A DNA stretch of 64,000 nucleotides from Girardia tigrina (lineage: Eukaryota). Position 1 is the first letter of the stretch, and the number at the start of each line of letters is the position of its first letter. The position numbers and the translations under genes were made by a program. The stretch spans positions 13,668 through 77,667 of the forward strand of contig MQRK01204567.1 in assembly GCA_001938485.1 (NCBI GenBank), given 5' to 3'. This document shows, piece after piece, positions 1-11,164 of this stretch. Under the pieces are notes generated by a model. That model saw only the letters and a list, made by a program, of their open reading frames with translations, did no database searches and had not been told where the DNA came from.

Positions 1-226
1 TTCATGTGTAAAACATTTGAGAAGCTTTTTAGGTTTAACGAACTATTACAGGAAATTCTTAAAAGATTATGCAAAGTATTCAAAAGTATTGGAAGGACTA
101 TGCGGAAAGAATAAAGAAAGAAAGCTAATATGGACGGAAGAATGCAACGAAGCGTTTCAAAAATTAAAGGAAAAGATGATCAATACACCAATACTAGCAT
201 ACCCAGATTTCGGAAAAGAATTCATA
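1..226 (+). mobile_element. Ty3/Gypsy pol fragment (RT thumb/RNase H linker)
   Basis: LRSFLGLTNYYRKF...WTEECNEAFQKLKEKMINTPILAYPDFGKEFI. Ends at an inversion junction near 225. Confidence 0.9.
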
Positions 227-775
227 TCGCTATCTCTTGATCGACGTTATCATCGTCAATCATTTTGGCATAGACCAAGTTTGATAGTTCTTTCTTACCA
301 AACATTTTCTCCACTAATTTTCTATTATCTCATCTGCTTTGCGGAACGCAAGTGACGGGTCACCGCAACCTACTCTTAACTCTATGAGATCTTTCATCAA
401 ATCCAAAATAGATTTCTCTTTTAAAAATGCTGCTCGCATTCTCTGTTCGCAAGTACTCCCTAGGGCCTTCTCGTATCTCAGAATCGCATCTGGAGTCAAG
501 TAGGGTGTTACCAGTAAGATTTTTCTCTCCTCTGATAATCCCATATTCTTTGAATACCTGTTAAAACTTATCAGGAATTCTTCTAACTTGTGTTCGGATC
601 CATCGAATGTTTCTGGACCTTTGATGTTCGGAGTCACGTGGTGTGAAGTCGCCATGTTAAGAGAACTCACACATTTGACAGAACATTTATTACACTCACA
701 TTTCTTATCATCTTTATGATGATCAATATTATTGCTTTCACTTAGATCCATCAAACAATTTTCAATATCTCCCAT
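227..775 (-). pseudogene. Ty3/Gypsy gag fragment whose ORF starts inside the LTR
   Basis: PNIKGPETFDGS..KLEEFL..FNRY..LSEERKILLV.PYL resembles a retrotransposon Gag N-terminus. Continues past a frameshift near 314 (VEKMFGKKELSNLVYAKM). Confidence 0.75.
645..654 (-). other. Primer-binding site TGGCGACTTC abutting the LTR 3' end
   Basis: ...CTCTTAACA|TGGCGAC. TGG is complementary to tRNA CCA; TGGCGAC is a common (often tRNA-Arg-type) Gypsy PBS start. Confidence 0.7.
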
Positions 776-1111
776 TATAATCTTAACTATACTTGAGAAG
801 ATTATTTTATTTAAAAATATTTACTTTAAATTTTATTGGCTGAAATAAAATATTTTTATAGTCATTTTTAAACTTTAATTTAATTTTAATTATTAAAAAA
901 ATTACAAAAATAAAATCAATAAAATTATTTTAAGTTGCAATAATAAAAATTAAGAATTTGAATATTAAATCTAAATTTAAATAAATTAATTTCAGATTAT
1001 AAAAAATTAAATATTGATCTGGTTAGGAGAGGCACAATCCCAAATCAACACACAACATTTTAACATGCAAAAAACTACACAAAAACATCCACACACCAAA
1101 TATTCCTCACA
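655..1111 (-). mobile_element. 5' LTR (TG...CA, 457 bp) of the TGTGAGGAATA Gypsy family
   Basis: Starts TGTGAGGAATATT, ends CTCTTAACA, followed by PBS and gag; homologous to the solo LTRs in the window. Confidence 0.8.
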
Positions 1112-1248
1112 AGGTTAACATTATTCTGATTCACGACAGGGTCTTTGTAAAATACATTAATCGAAGTACCACTATTGTAATGATAATTTGAAAGATTTTT
1201 AAGTATAAAAAGCTTTGTAAAAATGTTTTTCATAAATTTTTAAAATTA

Positions 1249-2236
1249 CACTGATAAACACAAGTTTTGTTTCCTATTTGAAATTGCTTGTTTATAGTTA
1301 ATTTGAATGAGTTAATCATGAATCTGAACTTCATTTTTGTCGAGGACCTCTAGTTTATTATGTATACGTCAGTAGTGGCGATTGTTCATATACAGCTTCA
1401 AAAAGAGTTTGAAGGCAGTTCTACTGCACATAGGAAATAAATATCCATTTGTCCCTGTTGGATAAGCTGTGCATATGAAGGAGACATACCACAATATGGT
1501 GGAGATCCAGTATTCTAAGCATCAATGGGCTATTTGTCGTGATCTGAAAGTGACCGGGTTGTTACTAGGTATGCAAAGTGGCTATACAAAGTATTGTTGT
1601 TTTTTGTGTGAGTGGGATAGCAGAGCAAAAGAACAGCATTACATCAGACAAGACTGGCCACAAAGAGATATACTACAGCCTGGGCGCATGAATATCAGCT
1701 ATCAACCATTAGTGGATCCCAGAAAGATACTTCTGCCGCCACTGCATATTAAGCTAGGGCTAATGAAGAACTTTGTGAATGCAATGGGTCGAGGTACTGC
1801 TGGTTTCTGGTACTTGCAGGAGAACTTTCCGCACATAAGCCAAACGAAACTAAAGGAAGCAATCTTTGTTTGGCCATAAATTCGTAATGTTTGATCCAAA
1901 CTCTGACGTAGCACTTAAGTCAGATGAACTGGAAGCGTGGAATGCCTTCAAAGCCATCATCACACAGTTTCTCCAGAATGAAAAGTCCCCACATTATCAG
2001 CTCCTTCTCAATTTAATTTAATTTTTAAATACCTCCTACAGTAACTCTGTAAATACATGTTATCATATAAAGTTGCAATATTTTATTTTGTCTTACAACC
2101 AGGGTAGATGTAGAAGACAAATTAGAGGTTCTGGGCAGAACATAATAGTGGATTCGTAATCAGCAAGGGCGATTTAGTTGGAAAAAAGGATTTTCATAAA
2201 AGAAACAGACAGAAAGTTTAAACTTGTTTATTAGTG
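1249..2236 (+). mobile_element. Internally deleted Chapaev3-type DNA transposon
   Basis: Transposase fragment 1469-1879 (DLKVTGLLLGMQSGYTKYCCFLCEWDSR, LLPPLHIKLGLMKNFV). TIRs CACTGATAAACACAAGTT / CACTAATAAACAAGTT; 3-bp TTA duplication on both sides. Confidence 0.8.
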
Positions 2237-2239
2237 TTA

Positions 2240-2502
2240 TAATTGTAAATTAAAAATAATTTAATTTAATTTTAAAGTAAAAAGATTTAAAATAATTTTT
2301 GAATGTATTATTTATTTTTTTTAATGTAATTTAATTTTAACCAATTAGAATCTTTATAATTTAATAATTTTTATTAACAGATTTTCATTTATTGAAAATA
2401 ATTAGTTTGAACTCAGAAAAAATTGATCAAGAGAGATGTCAAATAGTGAATGCGCTTGTAATATTAATAAATGTTGTAAACCTCATATTGATGTTGTTAA
2501 TA
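2240..2502 (+). mobile_element. LTR 3' part (MSNSECAC subfamily)
   Basis: Closely similar inverted copy of 10748-11050; ends GATGTTGTTAATA. Confidence 0.8.
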
Positions 2503-3745
2503 ATAATATTAAAATAATTTTTAATTTATGTAAAGTAAATAACATTAAAATCTCTAGTAATCATTTCAAGAAAAAAAAGAAAAAAAATCTTTTAAATGTA
2601 TTTTCTATTTATGGGAAATAACTATTTATTTTTTTAATAAAAAAAGTTCAAATTATTAATTTTATTCTTCTAAAAAAAATTTTCAAAAATATCAAATTGA
2701 AATTAAATTTTCTATTAATTCGAATTGAAAAAATAATATAATACTTAAATTTAATGACACAAAAAAATAAAAAAAAATAATTTTCTAATTAAAGAAAACT
2801 TTTTTTGTGATTTACTCTTCAAAAATAAATATAAATATAAACAAATTTTTCATTAAAAAGTAAACAAGAATTATTTAAACAACATTGCAGGAAAAACAGA
2901 GAAAATCAGATTGATTGGAAAATTTTAATGGCTTACTTAAAATTTTAATTAAACTTCTTTATTAAAAAAAGAGAAAAAAAATATCAGAAAATAAATCATA
3001 AAATCAATGATAATTAAAACAAATATTAAAAATTTTATTAAATTAAAAAACATTGATTTTTTTCTAATAATTATTATATAAATAAAATTTACTAATAAAA
3101 AAACAACATTGGAAAATTATTTTTAATCAATAAATTTAATTTACCGCTAAATTAACTTTTATATATTAAAAAAAGCAATTATTAAAGAAATTCATTAAAA
3201 ACAAATTGTTTGCTTAAATGAGATAAAATAAACGAAATAAATTAATTTACTATTAATTATATTTAATACGAAAATGTAAATTTTTCAAGGAAAAAAAATT
3301 TTTGTTTTTTTTTAATGATTTTTGTTAATTCAAAATATTTATATAAATATTTAGAAATATTTTGTTTATAATTTAAAAAAAATTTATATACATTTGAAGA
3401 AATAAACAAATATTGATTAATGAAGAAACCAGATCTTATTTTTAAAGATTTTATTGATATATTTTTATTTTTGTTAAATTAAAAGAATATTAATAATTAG
3501 ATGAATATATAATATAAGATATATATAATATCATATAAAATTAGAAAAAATTATAATTAGAAAAATTATTTTTTTATAAATTATTTTTATAAAAAATATA
3601 TTTAAAATAATATATTATTTCTCTAAGAATTTGACGCTATTTAAGTATCTTATTTAATAACATAGAACAATTTAGGCGTAAACTTTACAAATCTTTAAAT
3701 CTGTGATCCTGACTTCCAACTTTTTTGAAGTTTTATGAAAATGTC

Positions 3746-4272
3746 TGTGAGGAATATTTTTGAATGGTTCTTGTTGCAGAGAATGAAAACGAATAACAAG
3801 TTCCTAAATTGTATTAAATAGAAAAAACGCGTTTTTCACAATAAACGGAATATTCAAACAAAATATAAAAATTGAATTAACAAGATTATTAATTTCGATT
3901 ATCATCTCATCCCACATGTTGTTTTAGGATTGTGTTTCTCCAACCCAAATGGAAGATTGATATTTTAAAACGTCGTACTATTTCATCAATTTTAAAATTT
4001 AAATAATTAACTTTAAAACTAAATTAATATATAATAAATAATATATTTAAAATGTTTTTTAAAATAAATATAGTTATTTCGTAATTTTAATTATAAATTA
4101 TTTTAAAATCGAATTGTAAATAAATTGTAATTTAAATTTGTTTGAATAATTAGACGTTTAAAAATAGAATTAAATTTATCAATTAAGAACGATGACTAGT
4201 TTAAAAAGTTCATGAGACAGTTCAAATTGCGATATCAATTAATGTATTGAAAATCCAATTAGTGTTTTTATA
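3746..4272 (+). mobile_element. Degenerate solo LTR
   Basis: TGTGAGGAATA start, U3 motif GTGTTTCTCCAACCCAAATGG, end GTGTTTTTATA; flanks ATGTC/ATGTT. Confidence 0.65.
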
Positions 4273-4403
4273 ATGTTATTTTGAGTGTCTTAAAACAACG
4301 TTTAAAAAGTGTCATATATTGTTAAATTAAGATCTTAAATGCAAATGGGAAACTTCCAAACCGCTTCACACAGATAATTTTGACGGATCAACCACAATCA
4401 TCA

Positions 4404-4620
4404 TGTGAGGAATATTTGGAATGTTGATGTTTTGTGTAGTGTTTGCAGGTTTAAATGTTGTATGTTGAATTATGAGTGTCTCTTCTAATCAGATGGATGA
4501 TTAAATAATTGAAAACTATTACATCATAAGTCTCAAAAACATGTCTTTTTTCTTATTATTTTTTTAAAATTAAATAAAGAGTTTTTTCGAAACAAAATTT
4601 AAGAATTATTTAAAAATTTT
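4404..4620 (+). mobile_element. LTR 5' fragment
   Basis: TGTGAGGAATATTTGG...GTGTCTCTTCTAATCAGATGGATGA; 3' end uncertain. Confidence 0.65.
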
Positions 4621-5121
4621 AATCCATCATAAAATTTTTGGTGATTCCTTTGAAGTATTCTCCGAAATATTTGGTGTTGTGCCCTATAGTTTTTATTTAA
4701 TATTTTTGATTATTTTATAATTATTTTTATTATTTATTATTTTTGGTGTATTTGTTGATGGGTCCCCACCAGTTTAAGAATATAAATTAATGAAAATATT
4801 TTGTCACCCTGACTAAAAATTCCGGATGAATTGTGTCCCGACAAATTTTCCACGACCAATTGACATGGACCCAATATGGAGAACTTATAATTTATAAGTA
4901 GATATTTTTCAATTAATATTGTTCAGGATTTTGTTTGTTCCAATTTTGAGACCTTAAAAATTTTTTTTGATATGATATTCACATTTTCATTTATTTTCAT
5001 CGAAAATGAGTATGTTGAGCAAAGTTTGAAGAAAATTGATTGAGTAAAATATTTTTCTAAATTCCATGGATATATATGTATATATATATAATAGACGCCA
5101 TTTTAAAAGTTTTTTATTTCC

Positions 5122-5156
5122 CAAAACATGTTTCGCCATTACGGCATCATCAGTTG
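5122..5156 (-). ncRNA. Minimal type I hammerhead ribozyme in a PLE 3' end
   Basis: CAA-CUGAUGA-U-GCC gtaat GGC-GAAA-CAUG-UU-UUG: stems I and II pair and stem III is palindromic; next to an N-gap and (TA)n. Confidence 0.7.
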
Positions 5157-7260
5157 TGAAGTAAATTTCAAATTACAAGTCATTTATATGGCACATTNNN
5201 NNNNNNNNNNNNNNNNNNNNNNNNNNNNNNNNNNNNNNNNNNNNNNNNNNNNNNNNNNNNNNNNNNNNNNNNNNNNNNNNNNNNNNNNNNNNNNNNNNNN
5301 NNNNNNNNNNNNNNNNNNNNNNNNNNNNNNNNNNNNNNNNNNNNNNNNNNNNNNNNNNNNNNNNNNNNNNNNNNNNNNNNNNNNNNNNNNNNNNNNNNNN
5401 NNNNNNNNNNNNNNNNNNNNNNNNNNNNNNNNNNNNNNNNNNNNNNNNNNNNNNNNNNNNNNNNNNNNNNNNNNNNNNNNNNNNNNNNNNNNNNNNNNNN
5501 NNNNNNNNNNNNNNNNNNNNNNNNNNNNNNNNNNNNNNNNNNNNNNNNNNNNNNNNNNNNNNNNNNNNNNNNNNNNNNNNNNNNNNNNNNNNNNNNNNNN
5601 NNNNNNNNNNNNNNNNNNNNNNNNNNNNNNNNNNNNNNNNNNNNNNNNNNNNNNNNNNNNNNNNNNNNNNNNNNNNNNNNNNNNNNNNNNNNNNNNNNNN
5701 NNNNNNNNNNNNNNNNNNNNNNNNNNNNNNNNNNNNNNNNNNNNNNNNNNNNNNNNNNNNNNNNNNNNNNNNNNNNNNNNNNNNNNNNNNNNNNNNNNNN
5801 NNNNNNNNNNNNNNNNNNNNNNNNNNNNNNNNNNNNNNNNNNNNNNNNNNNNNNNNNNNNNNNNNNNNNNNNNATATATATATATATAAAGCAAGCTAAT
5901 AAAAAAAATGGAAGACTATGAAGAACTGGTGAAAAATTTTTAAATTAAGACATATCTTGCTTCTATATTATCCTAACTCTAATTTTAAACTAAATACATT
6001 CATTCGTGTCAAGTTAACTTTATTTAAGTCACCATTATATATTATTACACGATATTAATAATTAATTATCTAAAAAATAGATTTCTCATATAATTATTCA
6101 ATTAATTTTATTAAAAACGAATGTGATAATTGAATTATTGATCGATCGGATCAGGAGATCTTATTAACAATGCTTCTCGCACCACTCTGTCTTTAACATC
6201 GTACAATTTAACATTATCGAATTAATCGAAAACATTTCCATAGATTATTTTATTAAAAGTTTTAATATCATTATATTATTTTGTAATTATAAATTATCTA
6301 TTTTTCTTTGGCTTATTAATGATTATTGATTAAGTAGTTGAATTAATGGCTATGAAATACTGATGAGACATAAAAGGATCAATATTTAATTACTTATGAA
6401 TAGAATCTTATTATTCTTCTGTTGCCAAGCCAACTGCCAGTTTTGGCCAGTTGCTCAAACTATGTTCTCAAAACATTTGACGAATGATCATTTTTAGAGT
6501 TTTGTTTTGCTTTAGTAATATATTGAATAAGTAATTATAAATTCTCCTACTGAGACTAATGTTCATTTTTCTTATTCAATAAAACAATTTCATAAATACA
6601 ATGACGAATTAATTTAACATTTCCTTCGTGTTTCGTTAATTTTTTAACGACAATCGAAGACTTAAGGAACCTTTGGTACAGTCAAGGACTTTTTATGATT
6701 TCTCTGTATGAGCTTAAGTTATAGTTTTTTTTAAAGTAAAATTTAAATATAAATACATTTTATTCTCGCATGAAAAGTTACCAAATTTATTCTCGGTTTA
6801 AATATTATTTAATTAAAAAAATACTAAAGATAGCCAAAGTAAACGTTTTACCTTAGTCTCCCTTTTGTATGCACCCTTATAGGGAAAATAGAGACTTATA
6901 TTGGGAGAATATTTGATAAAAACCCCAAGCAATACAAAAAAAATAAAAAGATTTGACTTTAAAATAACATTAATAAGTAATGAGTAAGCCACACGTTAGG
7001 GAGGGGCATTCACTCACAAATTACTTAATACACTCACCTACGAATCTGACATGCGCTGTGATTAAATGTTTAGCTTGTTTATATTTACGAATTCGACCAT
7101 TAGTATCTAAAAATATTTTCCCTTCCGTCTGACTCCTTTCTCTGGAGAGTTATTAAGGAAGTTGTAAACAGTTCTAAACCACATTCACTGAAAGAATTTT
7201 TTGAATGAAAAACTAACATTTTTTCATTTAATTATTCTGGAGCTTTGTCACAAAGTGTGA

Positions 7261-8521
7261 TTAGGTTGTTGCAACAGCAATGCAGGTTTTTGAACCTAAT
7301 CTTAAAACAAATGTAATTCAGCACCGAATAAAATTTATTAATCGAAATAACAATCATAAGAATAAATACATTTTTGCCAACGAGAAACTAGTAGTTTGAT
7401 ACTCCTAGTGTAGAACTCCTGAGTTCTGAATGCGATGAAAGCGTTAAAGGTGTTTTTGATGTCGTCTTCATTTCTGCAGCATGTTTCCAGGTATCAGAAA
7501 TTATGCATTATATTGTCATGTAGCGGATGTTTTTCAAGACATTATTCATTGTAAAATGTAAAAAAATAAATTTGTAAAAAATAAATGTAAAATAAATACT
7601 TGAAAAAATGGTAGTCAGTGGGCGAGAGGTCATTTGAGTAGGGTGGATGAGGCAGAAATACATAGCCCAATTTATTTAGCTTTTGAAAGGTCGGCTTTGC
7701 GATGTATGGCCGGGCGTTGCGTGGAGGAGAATTAACCCCTTCATATTGACCAATCTCGGACACATACGTCGGAGCTCGTGATGCATTTTGTCAATTTGTT
7801 AGCAGTACTTCTCTGCGGTGATCGCTTTGCCCGTATTCAGAAATTTATGCCACCACCATTGTACCGAATGTCGCCGATGAGAATCCACTTCTCATCACAC
7901 GTCACAATTCGATCAAGAAACGGGTCGTTCTTGTTGCTCAGAAGAAGCACGGAAGATACCTCAAAACGACGAATTTTTTATACTTTTGAACAATTCATGA
8001 AACACCTATATATCGAGCTTTTTTGATTTTGCAATTTGCATCAAGTGCCGAGGGACGGTTGAGAGATCAACGTTAGGCTCTTCTGCGAGTGCTAGAACAG
8101 TTGTGCGTGGATCGGCTTGACAATCGTCGATGGGCAGCTACAATGAAGCTCATCTTGCAGGCTGATATTTCAACAGCAAACTTTTGATACCAGCGCTGCA
8201 CAGTACATTTGTTGATACTTCCCTTACCTCAAACTTTGTTGATGTTTAAAGCGATTTGAGCTGCATTACGCCCTAACTTGAACTCGTAAAAGTAAATGTC
8301 GTGAAAATCACGTTTTGACATCTGCAACTAAAATCAAAATTATTAAAAAATGAAACATTATAATAAGTTTTAGACAGATATATCTGAAAGAGTATAAATT
8401 GAGTTGATGATTGTCAACTTATAACATCATACATTGCATAACATCATTGATACTTTAGTTGTATAACATTGCTGTAAATACAAAAAAATCAAAAACCTGA
8501 ATTCCTTTTGAAACAACAATT
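7261..8521 (-). mobile_element. Degenerate near-full-length mariner (cecropia-like)
   Basis: MSKRDF..YFYEFKLGRNAAQ N-terminus, RIVTCDEKWI, NARPY..HPPYSNDLSPTD; decayed TIRs; many frameshifts. Confidence 0.85.
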
Positions 8522-9590
8522 TATGTAGTGTATCGAAATAATTCGGAATAATTCAAGTATTTTAAATTAAATGTCATTTATTATTCTATTCTGTATATGG
8601 GTAATGTCAGAAAGCGTGATAAGTCTTGGTATAGATGTAAAAATAATGACATATTATTTCTTTCGGTTGTTTAAGAAAGCTAACTGATCCTCACTGATGA
8701 AGGGACTTCTTTAAACTTTAAATAACAAATAAATAAATAAATATTGTGAGAGGTGGTTGCAACATCGATATTCGAGTTCATTTTTTTAACACCAAAATTT
8801 ATTTATATAACAATTCACATATTTAAAGCAAATTTTCCTGTTAGTTTAATTATCTCTCCACAAATTAATCTATTAAATTCTTTTCGATTAAATTTTTAAA
8901 ATCCTGAAAATTTATTTCAAAATTTATTTAAAATTACTTATTATAAATATTTTTAATTTTAAAATATAGAATAAGCATATTAACATTAAAATATTTTACC
9001 CTTTCAATTAAAAAAATAATTAATTATTCTGGCGAGATAAAAATTTAAATTAACCCCTCATATATATAAAAAGAGAATTTAATTTAATTATAAACTGGAT
9101 AACATATTTGTAAAGATAGAGTGTATAGAAATGTTAAGAAAGAGATCACAGTAGATCAGGTCCGTGAGTAAATATAAATTAAACATTTTTTATAATTTGT
9201 CCTTCGATGTCAGGCCAAATAAAAAATGTTCTGTATTGCAGAAACAGTTATAGTAGATCTGATTCTTGATAATTTGGATATGAAGAGATTAGAGAAATTG
9301 AATCTTGCACTGAGTAGATCAAACGCTCTGGGGCATAAACCCGTTAATTATAAAATTTGACTTCAGAATAAGCGAAGAATAGCGGTAAATTTTTAAATAA
9401 AGGAAATATCAAAGAATTAACGACAGAATATTTAATTCTTTTTGGCAACGTGAATATAACGCTCATAGCTAATCGGCAATTATTTATTTTTTTGTAATTT
9501 TGAATTTGTATTATTTATTGATATTGTTATATGCAATATTTATTATGATTTATATGCATTTAAATTGCCAAAATTTAGATTTATTATTAT

Positions 9591-10134
9591 TATTAAGAAC
9601 ACCAACATGGGTTTTCAAACTTTTATTTTCAATACAGTCAGAATTGTCTTTTAGACAACTCTCAGCAAAACTCTCGTCATTCGACATCGTTCTAAATTGA
9701 TAATTTTTAGTTAATGTTTGTTAATAAACAATTATTCGAACAATTTTTTCATTATTTTCTGATTTTATTTTTACAGTTCAAATTTGGTAATTTTAGTATC
9801 AATTTATTTATTTTATCAACATATTTATTTTATTTAAAAAATATTTTATTGAAAGAAGAAACATTTATTTAATTCAAAACTTAGTTAAAACTATTTATTT
9901 TATTTAAATTTTAATATGAAAATTTGAAAAGATTTAANNNNNNNNNNNNNNNNNNNNNNNNNNNNNNNNNNNNNNNNNNNNNNNNNNNNNNNNNNNNNNN
10001 NNNNNNNNNNNNNNNNNNNNNNNNAAATATCAATTTTCCATCTGGGTGGGAGAAACACATTTCCAAATACTAAACTCAACATACAAAATTCAACAAACCA
10101 ATTTCAACATACCAAATTTAAAATATTCCTCACA
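9591..10134 (-). mobile_element. Solo LTR TG...TA with TSD ATTAT (contains an N-gap)
   Basis: TGTGAGGAATA ... GGTGTTCTTAATA; ATTAT on both flanks. Confidence 0.75.
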
Positions 10135-10747
10135 ATTATTATAGTAAATTTTCTTATATTTCTTATTTAACTTCAGCATCAACTCTTCCATCTCACCAAA
10201 ACGGTCGCCCAAAGCAAAACCCCTAGGTAAGGACAGGAAAGGTGATTAATGATACTAAGTTAGATAGATAAATAATATACTGAATATACATATTTGAAAG
10301 TAAATAAGAATATGACACGACATTATTCATGGACTTTGACATTTATTGGTTCTAAGATCTTTATAATTTTTTCTTGTAGTCAGATAACTACTACCGTTGT
10401 CTCTGAACATCTACGAGAAAGATATTCAAATGATACAGAAAATTTATATCTAAAGTTATAACATGATAATAAACCATTCCGATCTTAAAAGTAGAGTATT
10501 CTTCACGTGATACAAATGCCTATACTGTTAATACAATTATGTTATTAAAGGGAGCATTATTGATTACACATGAACTGAAAATTTGAATTTTGCCGACTCC
10601 TTATTCTGGAGACCCAACCATGTTACAAAAAGATAACTGTCAAACTGTAACCTCTTTGGATAACGCAATAACAATATCTTAATTCATGAGATTCATTATA
10701 ACCGATTTCTTTATGATGAAATATATATTCGGAATTTAAATTCAAAT

Positions 10748-11164
10748 TATTAACAACATCAATATGAGTTTTACAACATTTATTATTATCACAAGCGCAT
10801 TCACTATTTGACATTTTTCTTGATCTGGTTTTTCTATTTCTGAGTTCAAACTAATTATTTTCAATAAATGAAAATCTGTTAATAAAAATTATTAATTATA
10901 AAGAATCTATTGGGTTAAAATTAAATTTAAAATTTTTTTAAAAAAGAACATTTTAAATTAATATATCAAAATTTTAAATTACATTAAAAATAAATAATAC
11001 ATTCAAAATTATGGTAAATCTTTTAACTTTAAAATTAAATTAAATTATTTTTAATTAGTAGGAATCAAAGAAAATATCAATCATCCATCTGTGTAGGAGA
11101 GACACAATCCGAATTAACATACAACATGCACAATATCAACACAAAATTCAAAACCTTCCTCACA
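10748..11164 (-). mobile_element. Solo LTR TG...TA with perfect TSD CAAAT
   Basis: TGTGAGGAAGG ... GATGTTGTTAATA; CAAAT at 10743-10747 and 11165-11169. Confidence 0.85.

Noticed and set aside
2368-2385. Splice-acceptor-like TTTTTATTAACAG in the LTR upstream of the U5 ATG
   Set aside because: The AG is not conserved in the 9591/24162 subfamily, and no donor was identified.
2436-2621. MSNSECAC ORFs (2436 and 10814) as a host metallothionein or toxin-like gene pair
   Set aside because: Similarity stops exactly at the LTR terminus; they are LTR U5 sequence running into unrelated flanks.
5128-5894. Long ORFs across N-runs (also 9900, 26564, 49709)
   Set aside because: Artefacts of translating assembly gaps.
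8693-8720. CTGATGAAGGG motif
   Set aside because: No GAAA core; not a hammerhead.
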